Of a stretch of 64,000 nt of DNA, positions 50,314 through 63,084 are shown piece by piece. How positions within the stretch are numbered: position 1 is the first letter of the stretch; every line of letters starts with the position of its first letter. The notes beneath the pieces are model-generated. The model was not told the DNA's origin. It ran no database searches and saw only the letters and a program-made list of their open reading frames with translations. Where the stretch lies: positions 18,476,001 to 18,540,000 of the forward strand of contig NC_043018.1 of assembly GCF_006345805.1 (NCBI RefSeq), in the 5' to 3' direction. Source of the stretch: Octopus sinensis (lineage: Eukaryota). Position numbers and translations under genes: made by a program.

Positions 50314-51165
50314 TATTCCATATCACTACAAAAATATCGCTCTGAAAGAAAGGATGTTGCTCAATCCATTTTGTCATCTTTGTCCCTTTCTATAAACCCA
50401 AGAGATAATTTAAAATTTGAGATGTATATCCAAGTGACAGGAATAAACACACTGCATGGTAACATGTGGTAGCCAATACCTGTGAATGAGCTTTGTATAG
50501 CATGCTATGATGGTTTTGCCTGAATGTTACTGAACTATGCACACACACACACACATGCATGCATAGACACACACATGCATACATATACCTGTATGCATGT
50601 ATCTCAACAAATTTGATCTCAACCACACACACGAAAACATACACACACAGACAGACACACACATACACACACACATACACACACACACGAACACACACAA
50701 ACACACACATACATGCATATGTACCTGCCTTTAGCACTCTCCTTTGATCAAAGCAAGCATAGATAAGAGGACATTAAAATGATGACGTTGTGATTTTATA
50801 TGTGTGTGTGTATGTGTGTGTGCATATACATATATTCATGCACACACACATATAAAAATAAATTTTAATAATATTTCATAAGCTTAATGCTTATAATTGA
50901 TCACTGTGTATTTTCTATATTACAATATTTTCTTTAGTCAACACACGGTGATCACTTATAAACTTGAAGCTTTATGAAATATTTTTATTCACAAAAGTGT
51001 AAAACTCAGCACCAATTATCAAATCATCGCATATATATATGAAGAGATGAACAAGAAGAACAACATGGATAAAGAGACATTAAATGATGATGATGATGAT
51101 GATGATGATGACATACATATTTACAAACACACACAAATATCTATATAACATATACACATGTGTGC

Positions 51166-51229
<64 letters not shown>

Positions 51230-51319
51230 ATACATATATATATATTATATATATAGATATATATATATATATAGATATATATATATGTATATATATATAA
51301 ATAATATATATTATATATG

Positions 51320-51384
<65 letters not shown>

Positions 51385-51389
51385 GTATG

Positions 51390-51432
<43 letters not shown>

Positions 51433-51579
51433 TGAACAAGAAAAACAACATGGAAAAAGAGACATTAAATGATGATGATGATGATGACATACATATTTAC
51501 AAACACACACAAATATCTATAGAAACATATATACACATGCACATGTGTGTGTGTGTGTATCTATATATATATATACATA

Positions 51580-51610
<31 letters not shown>

Positions 51611-51898
51611 CAATGTTACAAATTATGCCAAAGGTGAATATAATAACAACAAAACAACCTATAGAACTACTTTCTAAAATGTCTATCCTGACAATTCCAT
51701 AATGGAATCATTTTAATTTCAGCAAGAGATCTCAGACCGAGCCATTTATTTACCCATTATTTTCACTTCAGAAACATAAAACAGCAACAAAACCCCCAAA
51801 AAAAAAGAAAAAAAAAGAGGAAAAAAAAAACAACTAATCAAACAAATCCATCACCAAAAAACAAAACAACACCGTAATCCCATGTTGCAGATATTTAC

Positions 51899-52019
51899 CT
51901 GAGTTTCCATGACGATTCTTGCAATGGCTGTTTGTACAACGTTTGTCCGGTCGAGGCAGTCAACACAGTTGATTCGAAAAACCCCTTTCTGGTCACAGAT
52001 GCTGCCTTTACTGTCGACC
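51899..52019 (-). CDS. INPP5F: Internal exon of a SAC-domain phosphoinositide phosphatase (SAC2/INPP5F-like), containing the catalytic CX5R motif
   Basis: Acceptor TTTTTCAG, donor GTAAAT, 121 nt = 1 nt + 40 codons: (x)[40 protein letters not shown]. From recall this matches INPP5F ([40 protein letters not shown]) better than SAC1 or FIG4. Confidence 0.93.
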
Positions 52020-52322
52020 CTGAAAAATAATAAAGTTTAATAAATTTTATCAATCAACCGGAACAAGAAACAATCAACGAAAATAGGGGACAAGTTTATT
52101 ATGTTTGAGAAAGGTGTCCACTTGTTGGGAAATGATTTCTAAAATGCTATTGTAAGAATGACAGTGGTGGTGGTGTTGGTGGTAGTGATACGTGGGTGGT
52201 GGGTGCTGATGGTTGCAGTCATCGTGGTGGTACATATGGTGTTGGTGGAGAAGGAAGTGGTGTGGTGGTAGTAGTGGTGGTCATGATGGCAGTAGAGTTG
52301 GTGGTGGTAGTAGTAGTAGTGG

Positions 52323-52550
52323 TGAGCTGGCAGAAACGTTAGCATGCCAGGAGAAATGCGTAGCCGTATTTCGTCTGCCGCTACATTCTGAGTTCAAATT
52401 CTGCCGAGGTTGACTTTGCCTTTCATCCTTCCGGGGTCGATAAATTATGTACCTGTTAGGCACTGGGGTCGATGTAATCGACTTAATCTGTTTGTCTGTC
52501 CTTGTTCGTCCTCTCTGTGTTTAGCCCCTTGTGGATAATAAAGAAATAGG
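52323..52550 (+). mobile_element. SINE family B copy (type-1 tail) within a (GGT/AGT)n array
   Basis: GAGCTGGCAGAAACGTTAGC...GTTCAAATTC...AATAAAGAAATA. Confidence 0.85.
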
Positions 52551-52871
52551 TATGTATGGTGTTGGTAAAGGAAGAGGTGATGTGGTGGCAGTGGTGGTAG
52601 TAGTAGTGGTCATGATGGCAGCAGAGTTGGTGGTGGTAGTAGTGGTTGTTGGGTTCAATTGTAGTGGTAATAGTAGTAGTAGTGGTGATGGTGGTAATAG
52701 CAGAAATAGTGGTAGTGGTAGAGGTGGTGGTGGTGGTGGTGGTGGTGGTGGTGGTGGAGGTGTTAGTGGTGGTAATGATGGTGGTGACAGTCAATCGTCC
52801 ATTGTTTTATCAACCTCCTGATACAATCCATCGGTCACAACTCGTGGTGGAAGTGCCATCATGCTTTTCCT

Positions 52872-53210
52872 GACAAGGCAGGATTTGAACTCAGAAAACA
52901 TAATCCCAGAACAAACACCAGAAGGTATATGGCCTACCACCATCCCTCTCACAGCTGCACCAATTCACCAGACTGAACTGGTATTTTGTTGTCGACACCC
53001 TGAAAGAACAAGGGGCAATGTTTGACCTTGGCAGGATTTGAACTCAGAAAACATAAGCCTAGAACAAACACCACAAGGTGTATATGGCCTACCACCATCC
53101 CTCTCACAGCTGCACCAATTCATCAGCCTGAACTAGTATTTTGCTGTTGACACCCTGAAAGGACAAGGGGCAATGTTTGACCTTGGCAGGATTTGAACTC
53201 AGAACGCAGA
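52872..53210. repeat. Tandem duplication, ~154-bp period
   Basis: GCAGGATTTGAACTCAGAA at 52878, 53031 and 53186. Confidence 0.85.
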
Positions 53211-53574
53211 GTCTGAATAAACAGCATAAGCTATTCTATCCAGCTCTCAGACCATTCTGCAAGTCAGTCACCTTGATCTGACCATTCGAACATGGAACGA
53301 CAAAAATATTAATGTGAAATATTTAATATAAGCACAAGCATAGCTATGTGGTTAAGAAGCTCAATTGGAAACTAAACGGTTTTGGGTTCAGTCCCATTGC
53401 ATGGCACCATGGACAAATGTCTACAATAGTTCCAGGAAGACCAAAGTCATGTGAGAGGATTTGGTAGACAGAAACTGAAGGAAGTTCATTGTAAGTGTAT
53501 GTGTGTGTGTGTGTGTGTGTGTGTCTGTCTGTGTGTGTGTACATACACAACACACACATATATATAGAAAGAGG

Positions 53575-53822
53575 GTCAAAGGTCCTTCCCAAGCCAGAAG
53601 TTCACAAGGTAACTTTCCCAGGTTCTGTGGTGTGTAAATTCCCTCATGGATGAGATACCAGTCCATTGCAGGTGCAACTCATTTTTGCCAGCTGAGTGGA
53701 GTGGAGCAATGTGAAATGAAGAGTTTTGCTCAAAAATACAATGCTTTGCCTGGCCCAGGAATTGAAACCACAAATTCATGATTATGAGGGCAACACCCTA
53801 ACCACTAAGCCACATGCCTCCA
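53575..53822 (-). mobile_element. Degenerate tRNA-headed SINE (another family)
   Basis: Reverse strand GGCATGTGGCTTAGTGGTTAGGGTG...GGTTTCAATTCC head plus body ...GCAAAACTCTTCATTTCACATTGCTCCACTCCACTCAGCTG. Confidence 0.6.
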
Positions 53823-54906
53823 TATGTGTGTGTGTGTTTGTGTGCATGAGTGTTTGTATGTTATATGTGTGTGTGGGTGTGTTTGTATTTTATATGTGTG
53901 TACGGGTGTGGGTGTGTTTGTGTGTGTATGTGTGCACATATGTGTGTGTGTGGGGGGTGTATGTTTTGTTTGTGTGTGAGAGTGTGTATGTGTGTTTGTA
54001 AACGAATGTTGCTGTCATACAAGCAATGCCAATCACTTCAATCCTCTCTGAAAACATGTCAGGCCTTGGGGAAATATTAGCTTGCTTGGGAACAAGCAAA
54101 GGTTGGCAACAGGAGAGCATCCAGCTGCTGAATCTCTGGCTCAACAAATTCCATCTGAGCCATATTACCTTACACAAATATGATGGCCTTTCTCACCCGT
54201 TTCCTTCCAGTAACTTCATTCACAAGACATTGGTCAAGTGAATGCTCCAGAAAAGGCACCCAGCTGCCATACAGTGAGACTGAACTCAAAATCCACACAT
54301 TTGAGCAGCATACTTCTAAGCCATACAACTATGCCTGAACCTATATTTCCCTTGATATTTCCAGCTAAAACCATTGATAGGGATAATTTTCCTTTCACCT
54401 GTCTAGTGTCAGTCAAATAAATAATTGATATCTAGTTGAAGTGATTCAATTAATTATGGCCCCACCCGCTTGCTTAAAATCGTGTGGCTTTGTGCCAAAG
54501 AAATTATTAAGTTCAAAAGTGGAACAGTTCATTTGTCATTTCTCTTCCTCATAAAAACCAATTTATTTCACTTCTAAACTGTTCATACTCACTAATTGCC
54601 TACAGAGACCGCTGCTACAGTGCTCCGATTCTACTGTTTACCTCAAAAATTATTTACTCAATCAAAGCACAACCTCGAAAAAAGGATGCAGAAAATTATT
54701 CTATCTCCAAACAGTAGCATCAGAAAGAGGAATGTAAGGTGGTTGACATTGGGAAGGTTACCCAAGCTGTAAAAACTATGACAAAATCGACCCCAAAACG
54801 ATGAAAGGCAAAGTCGACCATTGCAGTATTTGAATGCAGAACATAAAGACAAAATGCCTCTAAGCATTTTTCCCAGCCTGGTAATGATTCTGCCAGCATG
54901 CCGCCG

Positions 54907-55366
54907 TAACCCTTTCATTACCAACCTTTCTGAAACTGCCTCTGGCTCTGTAGTACAAATATCTTGTTTTCAAAAGTTCTGAATTAAAATCTTCCACCAA
55001 ACCTTAGTCACAATTTATGTTCCTAACACTAGCTGAATGATAACTAAGTTATCTTTGTTATATTTAAAATCAATTGAAAGAAACACAGAGCATCTCAATA
55101 GAAATATGGCAAATAAAGGGTTAACAAAGGATTAATTTAACTCTTTTGATACAAACCCGGCTGAAATCGCCTCTGGTTCTGTAGTGCTAATGTCTTGTTT
55201 TCAAAAGTTCTGAATTAAAATCTTCCACCAAACCTTTGTCACAATTTATGTTCCTAACACTAGCTGAATGATAACTAAGTTATCTTACTAAATTCTTTGT
55301 TATATTTAAAATTAATTGAAAGAAACACAGAGCATCTCAGCAGTGATATGGCAACAAAAGGGTTAA
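54907..55366 (+). mobile_element. Two adjacent copies of a second piggyBac-type MITE family
   Basis: 54907-55124 and 55137-55366 are homologous. Each ends AAAGGGTTAA. Confidence 0.75.
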
Positions 55367-55709
55367 TGCATGAAATATGTTAACAGTAACAAAACATTAT
55401 AATCTAAAAGATATTGATAATGTAGAAAATATTGGTTTGTTCTGATTAACTTTTGTAATGGAGGAGAAATAATTGACTGAACTAAGCCCAGTAGGTTACT
55501 GGTACTTTTATAGATGCACTTCCTGAAGAATGAAAAAAGACAAATTCAAAACACTAACAGCTTTATATATTCAATTCTTTGTAATTCAGTACTCAAAAGG
55601 GGTGATGGTAAATAATAGTTTCAAATTTTGGCACAAGGCCAGCAATTTCAGAGGAGGGTGTAAGTCAATTCCTTTCACCCTAGTATTTGACTGGTACTTA
55701 TTTTATCAT

Positions 55710-55990
55710 GGGGGCACATGGCCTAGTGGTCAGAGCAGTGGACTCATGGTCGAGGAATAGCGGGTTCAAATCTCAGACCAGGCAATGTGTGTGTTTATGA
55801 GTGAAACACCTCAGCTCCACGCAGCTCCGGCAGAAGGTAATGGCGAACTTCTGCTGACTCTTTCACCATAACTTTCTTTCACTCTTTCTTCCTGCATCTA
55901 GCAGCTCACCAGCATCCCATCCAGGTAGGGAACCTATACGCTAAAGAAACCGGCCCTTATGAACCAGGCATGGCTCGAGAAGGAACAAAC
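55710..55990 (+). mobile_element. tRNA-derived SINE sharing its head and body with family C but with a different tail
   Basis: The head/body aligns with 48473-48290(-) up to ACTCTTTCACCA.AACTTTCT. The tail then differs (CCCATCCAGG...GAAACCGGCCCTTATG). Confidence 0.7.
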
Positions 55991-56542
55991 TTATTTTATC
56001 AATCTCAAAAGGTCGAAAGGCGAAGTTGACTTTCATGGGATTTGAACTCAGAACATAAAAACAGACAAAATGCTTAGCAACATTTTGTCCATTGTCTTCA
56101 CGATTCTGCCAGCTCGCTGCCTTGGCAATGGTAAATATTGTAAAACACTTCATTAATTGCTTCATTTTTACTTTGATCATGCATTCTAATTAGTGTAATT
56201 ATAAGTTAATTAATATCACACTGTAATTAATTTATCAGGTAAATCTTAGCTGATACATGCATAGACGACATAAAACAAAAAAGAGAAAATAATAAAACAT
56301 TCTCTTATCAAAAGAGAACAGAGAAGCAAAAAAAAAAAATATGAACAATAATATTGAGGTAATAATTTATGTTGTTGCTATTGTTGCTATTGAGTAACTT
56401 ATCAATTTCTTAGAAAAAAAAAACAATGAAGGAACTTGACCTATTCTGTTCTGTGCACTCATTGCATTGAACTGCACAAGTAAGTTGTCACATTTTGCTA
56501 GTAACCTTATTTAAATTGTGGGAAACCAAAACAATAAATAAA

Positions 56543-56617
<75 letters not shown>

Positions 56618-56634
56618 TAATAATAATAATAATA

Positions 56635-56740
56635 AGGCACCCTAGGCATAACACCAACATGAATTTCTAACTTGTCTGTTGAGGACTCTGGATGAGACTT
56701 GGAGGCAACTTGTACAAATGTAAACCAAAAGTCAAACATA

Positions 56741-56741
<1 letters not shown>
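56635..56741 (+). mobile_element. ~110-bp element embedded in (TAA)n
   Basis: Homologous to 11807-11914(-). Confidence 0.65.
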
Positions 56742-56798
<57 letters not shown>

Positions 56799-56858
56799 TC
56801 TACCTACCTACCTACCTACCTGTCTGTCTGTCTATCTATCTATCTATCTCTCTATCTC

Positions 56859-56896
<38 letters not shown>

Positions 56897-56917
56897 ATCT
56901 ATCTATCTCTCTATCTC

Positions 56918-56967
<50 letters not shown>

Positions 56968-57609
56968 AGTCTGTTTGTTTGTGTGTGTCACCCCATCCAC
57001 TGCTTGACAACCGGTGATGGTTTGTTTACATCCCTGTAAGCTAACAGTTTGCCGAAAGTGACTGATAGGATAATTACCAGACTTTGAAAAAATAAATACT
57101 GGCGGTTGATGATTTGTTTGACTAAACCCTTCAACATGGTGCCCCAGTATGGCCACAATCAAATGACTGAATCAAGTAAAAGATAACATATCCCATCATT
57201 GTTTCAATACCCACTTTTCCATTTGTTAAAGCAGATTTCTGTCTGCCAAATCCACTCACAAGGCTTTATTTGGCCCAAGGCTACACTAGAAGACATTTGC
57301 CCAAGGTGTCACTGAGTTGGACTGAACCCAGGACCATGTGTTGGGGAAACAAGCATCTTACCACACAGCCACTCCTGCAGTTATGGTAGGTTTCTTTCAG
57401 TTTCCATCAACCAGATCCACTCAGAAGTCTTGGGTTGGCCTGGGGTTATAGAAGACATCTGCTCAAACGTTTCTGCCAGCTCACCGCCTTTTGGCTTCAC
57501 ACAGTTTCTGCCTACCAAAAATGGCACACAAGGCATTGGTTAGCTAAAAGGTGCCATGAAGTGGGACTGAACCCTAACCATTTGGTTGAGAAGCAATAAC
57601 AGCTCAAAA

Positions 57610-58755
57610 ACAGGCTTAGTAGTATTTTGTCTGTCTTTATGTTCTGAGTTCAAATTCCGCTGAGGTCAACTTTGCCTTTCATCCTTTCGAAGTTGATAAA
57701 TTCAGTACCACTAGGGTCGATATAATTGACTGGCTCCCTCACCAAAAATTTTGGGCCTTGTGCCTAGAGCAGAAAAGAACATTAATTTATACCAAGGCGG
57801 TGAGCTGGCAGAAATGTTAGAATGCTGGTCGAAATGTTTCGCAGTATTTTGTCTTTACGTTCTGAGTTCAAATTCTGCCAAGGTCGACTTTGCCTTTCAT
57901 CCTTTTGGAGTCAATAAATTAAGTACCGATTGCATACTGGGGTTGATCTAATCGACTGGCCCCCTCCCCCAAAATTTTAGGTTTTGTGTCTAGAGTAGAA
58001 AAGAATAGTTTATTTGAAGGCAGCGAGCTGGCAGAAACATTAGCACGCTGGGCAAAATGCTTAGTGGTATTTCGTCTGCCGCTACGTTCTGAGTTCAAAT
58101 TCCGCCGAGGTCGACTTTGCCTTTCATCCTTTCGGGGTCGATTAAATAAGTACCAGTTACGCACTGGGGTCGATATAATCAACTTAATCCATTTGTCTGT
58201 CCTTGTTTGTCCTCTCTGTGTTTAGCCCCTTGTGGGTAGTAAAGAAATAGGTATTTCGTCTGCCGCTACGTTCTGAGTTCAAATTCCGCCGAGGTCGACT
58301 TTGCCTTTCATCCTTTCGGGGTCGATTAAATAAGTAGCAGTTACGCACTGGGGTCGATATAATCAACTTAATCCATTTGTCTGTCCTTGTTTGTCCTCTC
58401 TGTGTTTAGCCCCTTGTGGGTAGTAAAGAAATAGGTATTTCGTCTGCCGCTACGTTCTGAGTTCAAATTCCGTCGAGGTCGACTTTGCCTTTCATCCTTT
58501 TGGGGTCAATTAAATAAGTACCAGTTATGCACTGGGGTCGATATAATCAACTTCATCCATTTGTCTGTCCTTGTTTGTCCTCTCTGTGTTTAGCCCCTTG
58601 TGGGTAGTAGAGAAATAGGTATTTCATCTGCCTTTACATTCTGAGTTCAAATTCTGCTGAGGTCGACTTTGCTTTTCATCCTTTCAGGGTTGATAAAACA
58701 ATTACCAGTTGTACTGGGGTTAATTTCAGGTTTTGTTCCTAGAGTAGAAAAGATT
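57610..58755 (+). mobile_element. SINE family B cluster including a 184-bp-period multimer (58019-58755)
   Basis: GGTAT unit starts at 58066, 58250, 58434 and 58618. Two further SINE-B copies at ~57610-57780 and ~57795-58010. Confidence 0.85.
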
Positions 58756-59010
58756 ATAAAAACCCTGACCAAATTAATCCGATGCCATATTTAATGGAGA
58801 TTAAATGCTCCAAGACCCTAAATCTCCAGACAACTTTCTGCAATAACTGCTTCATTCTGTTAACCAATTCCATGCTGAGGATTTACTCACAGACAGAAGA
58901 TCAACAGAGATAGTTCCAAAACTATACCTCACGGCACCCCAACTTTAACCATTTCCCCACTTTGCTCAGTAGCAACAACAAGAACATCGTTGTGACATTA
59001 TTATTTTGTT

Positions 59011-59857
59011 CGCCAGCCTCGTCTGGCACCTGTGTCGGTGGCACATAAGAAAAACACCGAAAACACTATATCCGAGCGCGGCCGTCTGCCAGCCTCGTCT
59101 GGCACCTGTGTCGGTGGCACATAAAAAACACCATCCGAGCGTGGCCGTCTGCCAGCCTCATCTGGCACCTGTGTCGGTGGCACATAAAAAACACCATCCG
59201 AGCGTGGCCGTCTGCCAGCCTCATCTGGCACCTGTGTCGGTGGCACATAAAAAACACCATCCGAGCGTGGCCGTCTGCCAGCCTCGTCTGGCACCTGTGT
59301 CGGTGGCACATAAAAAACACCATCCGAGCGTGGCCGTCTGCCAGCCTCGTCTGGCACCTGTGTCGGTGGCACATAAAAAACACCATCGAAGCGTGGCCGT
59401 CTGCCAGCCTCGTCTGGCACCTGTGTCGGTGGCACATAAAAAACACCATCCGAGCGTGGCCGTCTGCCAGCCTCGTCTGGCACCTGTGTCGGTGGCACAT
59501 AAAAAACACCATCGAGCGTGGCCGTCTGCCAGCCTCGTCTGGCACCTGTGTCGGTGGCACATAAAAAACACCATCGAAGCGTGGCCGTCTGCCAGCCTCG
59601 TCTGGCACCTGTGTCGGTGGCACATAAAAAACACCATCCGAGCGTGGCCGTCTGCCAGCCTCGTCTGGCACCTGTGTCGGTGGCACATAAAATCATCCAC
59701 TACACTCTCGGAGTGGTTGGCGTTAGGAAGGGCATCCAGCTGTAGAAACACTGCCAGATCTGACTGGCCTGGTGCAGCCTTCGGGCTTGCCAGACCCCAG
59801 TTGAACCGTCCAACCCATGCTAGCATGGAAAGCGGACGTTAAACGATGATGATGATG
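59011..59857 (+). mobile_element. 5'-truncated RTE-derived insertion: 63-bp VNTR + RTE tail, with a 10-bp TSD
   Basis: Eleven units starting GCCAGCCTC (59012...59654, last one partial), the conserved RTE tail and (GAT)n. TTATTTTGTT occurs at 59001-59010 and 59858-59867. Confidence 0.92.
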
Positions 59858-60362
59858 TTATTTTGTTTTATGTTATTAATTTTATTTTGTTATATTTGCA
59901 TTTTTGCAGTTCTTTGTTCACAAGAAGCATTGGTGGAGTTTTATTTCTCGTGTGCGGGCGTCACAAAAAATTAATTTTGTAAATTAAATTAATTACAATG
60001 TATCATCAGTAATTATCATTTTAATAGCTTTTCTCTTTATTAATATGCTAATTACAGTGAAATTAGTGGCCTAATAGCAGTAGTCCTTTAACATACAAAT
60101 GGATAAACAGACACACTTATTCAAACACACATACACACATACATACATGTATATACATATCTATACATGTATATTCATACATATATACACACACACACAT
60201 TTTTCATACATATACATACATGTACATATGCACACATACATATAGGTAAATATATATGTGTGTGTGTGTAAATATACATATATATATATATATACACACA
60301 TATTTTTCATGCATATACACACATACATATATAAATTCCTATATATATGTCAATACATGTAA

Positions 60363-60395
<33 letters not shown>

Positions 60396-60456
60396 AACAT
60401 TTTTCATACATATATACATGTACATATGCATACATATATGTAAATTTATATATATG

Positions 60457-60508
<52 letters not shown>

Positions 60509-60999
60509 TTTTTCATACATATACATACATGTACAATATACATATGCATACATATACGTAAATTTGTATATCTATATATATATATATATATATATGAGTT
60601 GATATATATATATGTGTTGATATATATATATATATCACACACATTTTCCATAAATATACATACATACATGTATATATATACATATGACTGTGAGTGTGTG
60701 TGTGTGTTTACTATATATATATATTCATGCATATATGTGTATAAACTGTCCATTATTCTTTCTTGACATCTTGCTTTCTGTCCTTTTGTAGTTTTAAACA
60801 ACCCACCTCATTAAAAAAGAAAAAAACTTTATAGCTCATTTTCTTTTATATTGTTGTTGTTGTTCTCGTTGTTGTGGTTGAGCTTATTGACTTTGTTAAT
60901 GTTGTATCATCAAAACTCTGCGTTTGTAGATTCTGCCATTTAGCTACTAACAATATTTTATTTTACATTGCAAGGGAGCAGTGTTTGGTGGTGGTGGTC

Positions 61000-61148
61000 G
61001 TGGTCGTCGTGGTTGTGATGGTTGTGGTGGTGGTAGTGGGAGGTGAAGGATGAGAAAGAGGGGAAAAAGGATGAAGAAAAAAAAAATGATTTTTTTTTTT
61101 TTTATATATTTATCTCATATTGCAGTCATTGCCTTTGTGATCACTACT

Positions 61149-61183
<35 letters not shown>

Positions 61184-61307
61184 TGTCAGCGTTGTCATCA
61201 TCGCCATTATCATCATCATCATCATCACCATCACATCACCATCATCATCATCATCATCATCGTCATCATCATCATCATCATCATCATTGTCAGCGTTGTC
61301 ATCATCG

Positions 61308-61345
<38 letters not shown>

Positions 61346-61565
61346 GTCATCGTCATCATTGTCATCATCATGATCATCATCATCATCATATTGTCCTTGA
61401 TAATTACTATCGCTGCTGTAATTGCTATTACCATTCTTATAATTATTCTTCCTATAATTTTTCATCATCATCATCATCATCATCAGTGCCATCATCACCT
61501 CCACCACCACCACCACCACCACCACCATCATCATCAGCATCACCACCACCGTCATAGTCATCATA
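61000..61565. repeat. (CAT/CAC/GGT)n microsatellite
   Basis: Explains the poly-H/S/I/D ORFs 61043-61573. Confidence 0.95.
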
Positions 61566-62206
61566 TCTACTAATAACAGTCAATATTTATTCCGATGCCA
61601 TTGAGTTGATAGAAACGATGAAATGCAAATCGAGTGGTTTGCAACACTTAATGCTTTTGTTCTTTGACGTTTCTAAACTCTGATCCTTGTAGTGAATGGA
61701 TGACAATTGACTGACTTTATATTTCAATAGATTAGCTTCAATAAAAATATGTACCAGAAATATACTGGGGGGTCAGAAGTGTCGCATTTCACTATTTACA
61801 TCCATCTTATTTTATACCTATGAGCTCACATCGATATATATATCTATGTGTATGTACTTATCTATCTATCTATCCGTTTATGTCTATCTATCTACCTATC
61901 TATTTCGATGCCTATCTACCTACCTATCTATCTATCTATCTATCTATCAATCTATCTATCTAGCTATCTATCTGTCTATCTATCTATCTATCTATCTATC
62001 TATTTATCTATCAATCTATATCTCTATGTATCAATCTATCTATCTAACTATCTCTAGATATGTGTGGCTAATAAAGAAACTTATCTCTTGAAAGAAGCCT
62101 ATATATATAATAATATATATATATATATATATAATATATATATATAAATACATATTATATATATAAATACATATATATATATAAATACATATATATATAT
62201 AAATAC

Positions 62207-62237
<31 letters not shown>

Positions 62238-62259
62238 ATATACATAATATATATATATA

Positions 62260-62478
62260 CATTCAAAATGTGACCGCATGTGTACTGTTGGCAATTTTTT
62301 TTCCTCCATCTTCCCTTTTCTTGATCTTTCCTTTTCCTCTGTTTCTGATGAAGAGCTCCGCTCGAAACGTAAAACCCTCCTTCTTTCCTTCCTTCCTGAG
62401 CATCCAATAATACTATATTTGTTCCACATCCTCGCATTGTTGTGTTTTCTCTTTGTGTTTTCATGTTTGGATTAACTT
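62260..62478 (+). mobile_element. Penelope-like element terminal (pLTR-like) fragment inside (TA)n
   Basis: Pyrimidine-rich segment containing CTGATGAAGAGCTCCGCTCGAAACGT, a motif typical of PLE termini, with (TA)n on both sides. Classification is inferred from this motif only. Confidence 0.6.
62341..62375 (+). ncRNA. Minimal type I hammerhead ribozyme motif
   Basis: Stem I GUUU(62341-44)/AAAC(62372-75); core CUGAUGA(62345-51) plus an extra A; stem II GAGC-UCC-GCUC; GAAA(62364-67); palindromic loop-less stem III ACGU; GUA cleavage triplet (cut after 62371). Confidence 0.72.
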
Positions 62479-63084
62479 TATATATATATATATGTATAGT
62501 AAATGGTGCCCCAGCATAGCCGCGGCCTTCGGGCTAAAACATTTTTAAGGATTTATGAAGGTAATAAATTAAAATAATTTATTAGCAGTGGTTAGCATGC
62601 GTAATAAAAGTCTTAAGTCATTAAGACATAACATAGTTATAAATATAAGAGTGTATAAAGGTTTATACACAGAAAGGAGACCCTTGATGGGACTCTCTAC
62701 ATGCTAAAAAAGACAGTTAAAGCCCAAACCACGTGATTTGGGCTTTAACTGCCCTTTTTAGCATGTAAAGAATCCCATCAAACTCTTACACACTCTTATA
62801 TTTAAATATATATATATATATATATTTGTGTATGTGTAATGTAAGTTTAGAAAAACCCATTGGTTTCATATCTAGAGTGAACTAGACATCTCTTCAGTTT
62901 CTCTAAACAGTAACCATTCTAAGCAAAAAGTTTTTGTTTTAAAACACAAGAACACAGGTGATAGTTCAAGAAATAATCCTCTTTAAAAATATATCTGGGC
63001 AAGTTGTCTTCCTTCGTTTGATAGCTAGGTTGTCCAATTTTGAAGTAACGATTTTCGAAAATGTGGACTACTCTCCACAGCTTC

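Noticed and set aside
59001-59842. CRISPR-like or repeat-protein-like look of the 63-bp array and its 200-278-aa ORFs
   Set aside because: There are no unique spacers. Units are contiguous, belong to the RTE 3' UTR, and are open in several frames because 63 is a multiple of 3.
61043-61573. His/Ser/Asp-rich ORFs
   Set aside because: (CAT)n microsatellite artefact.
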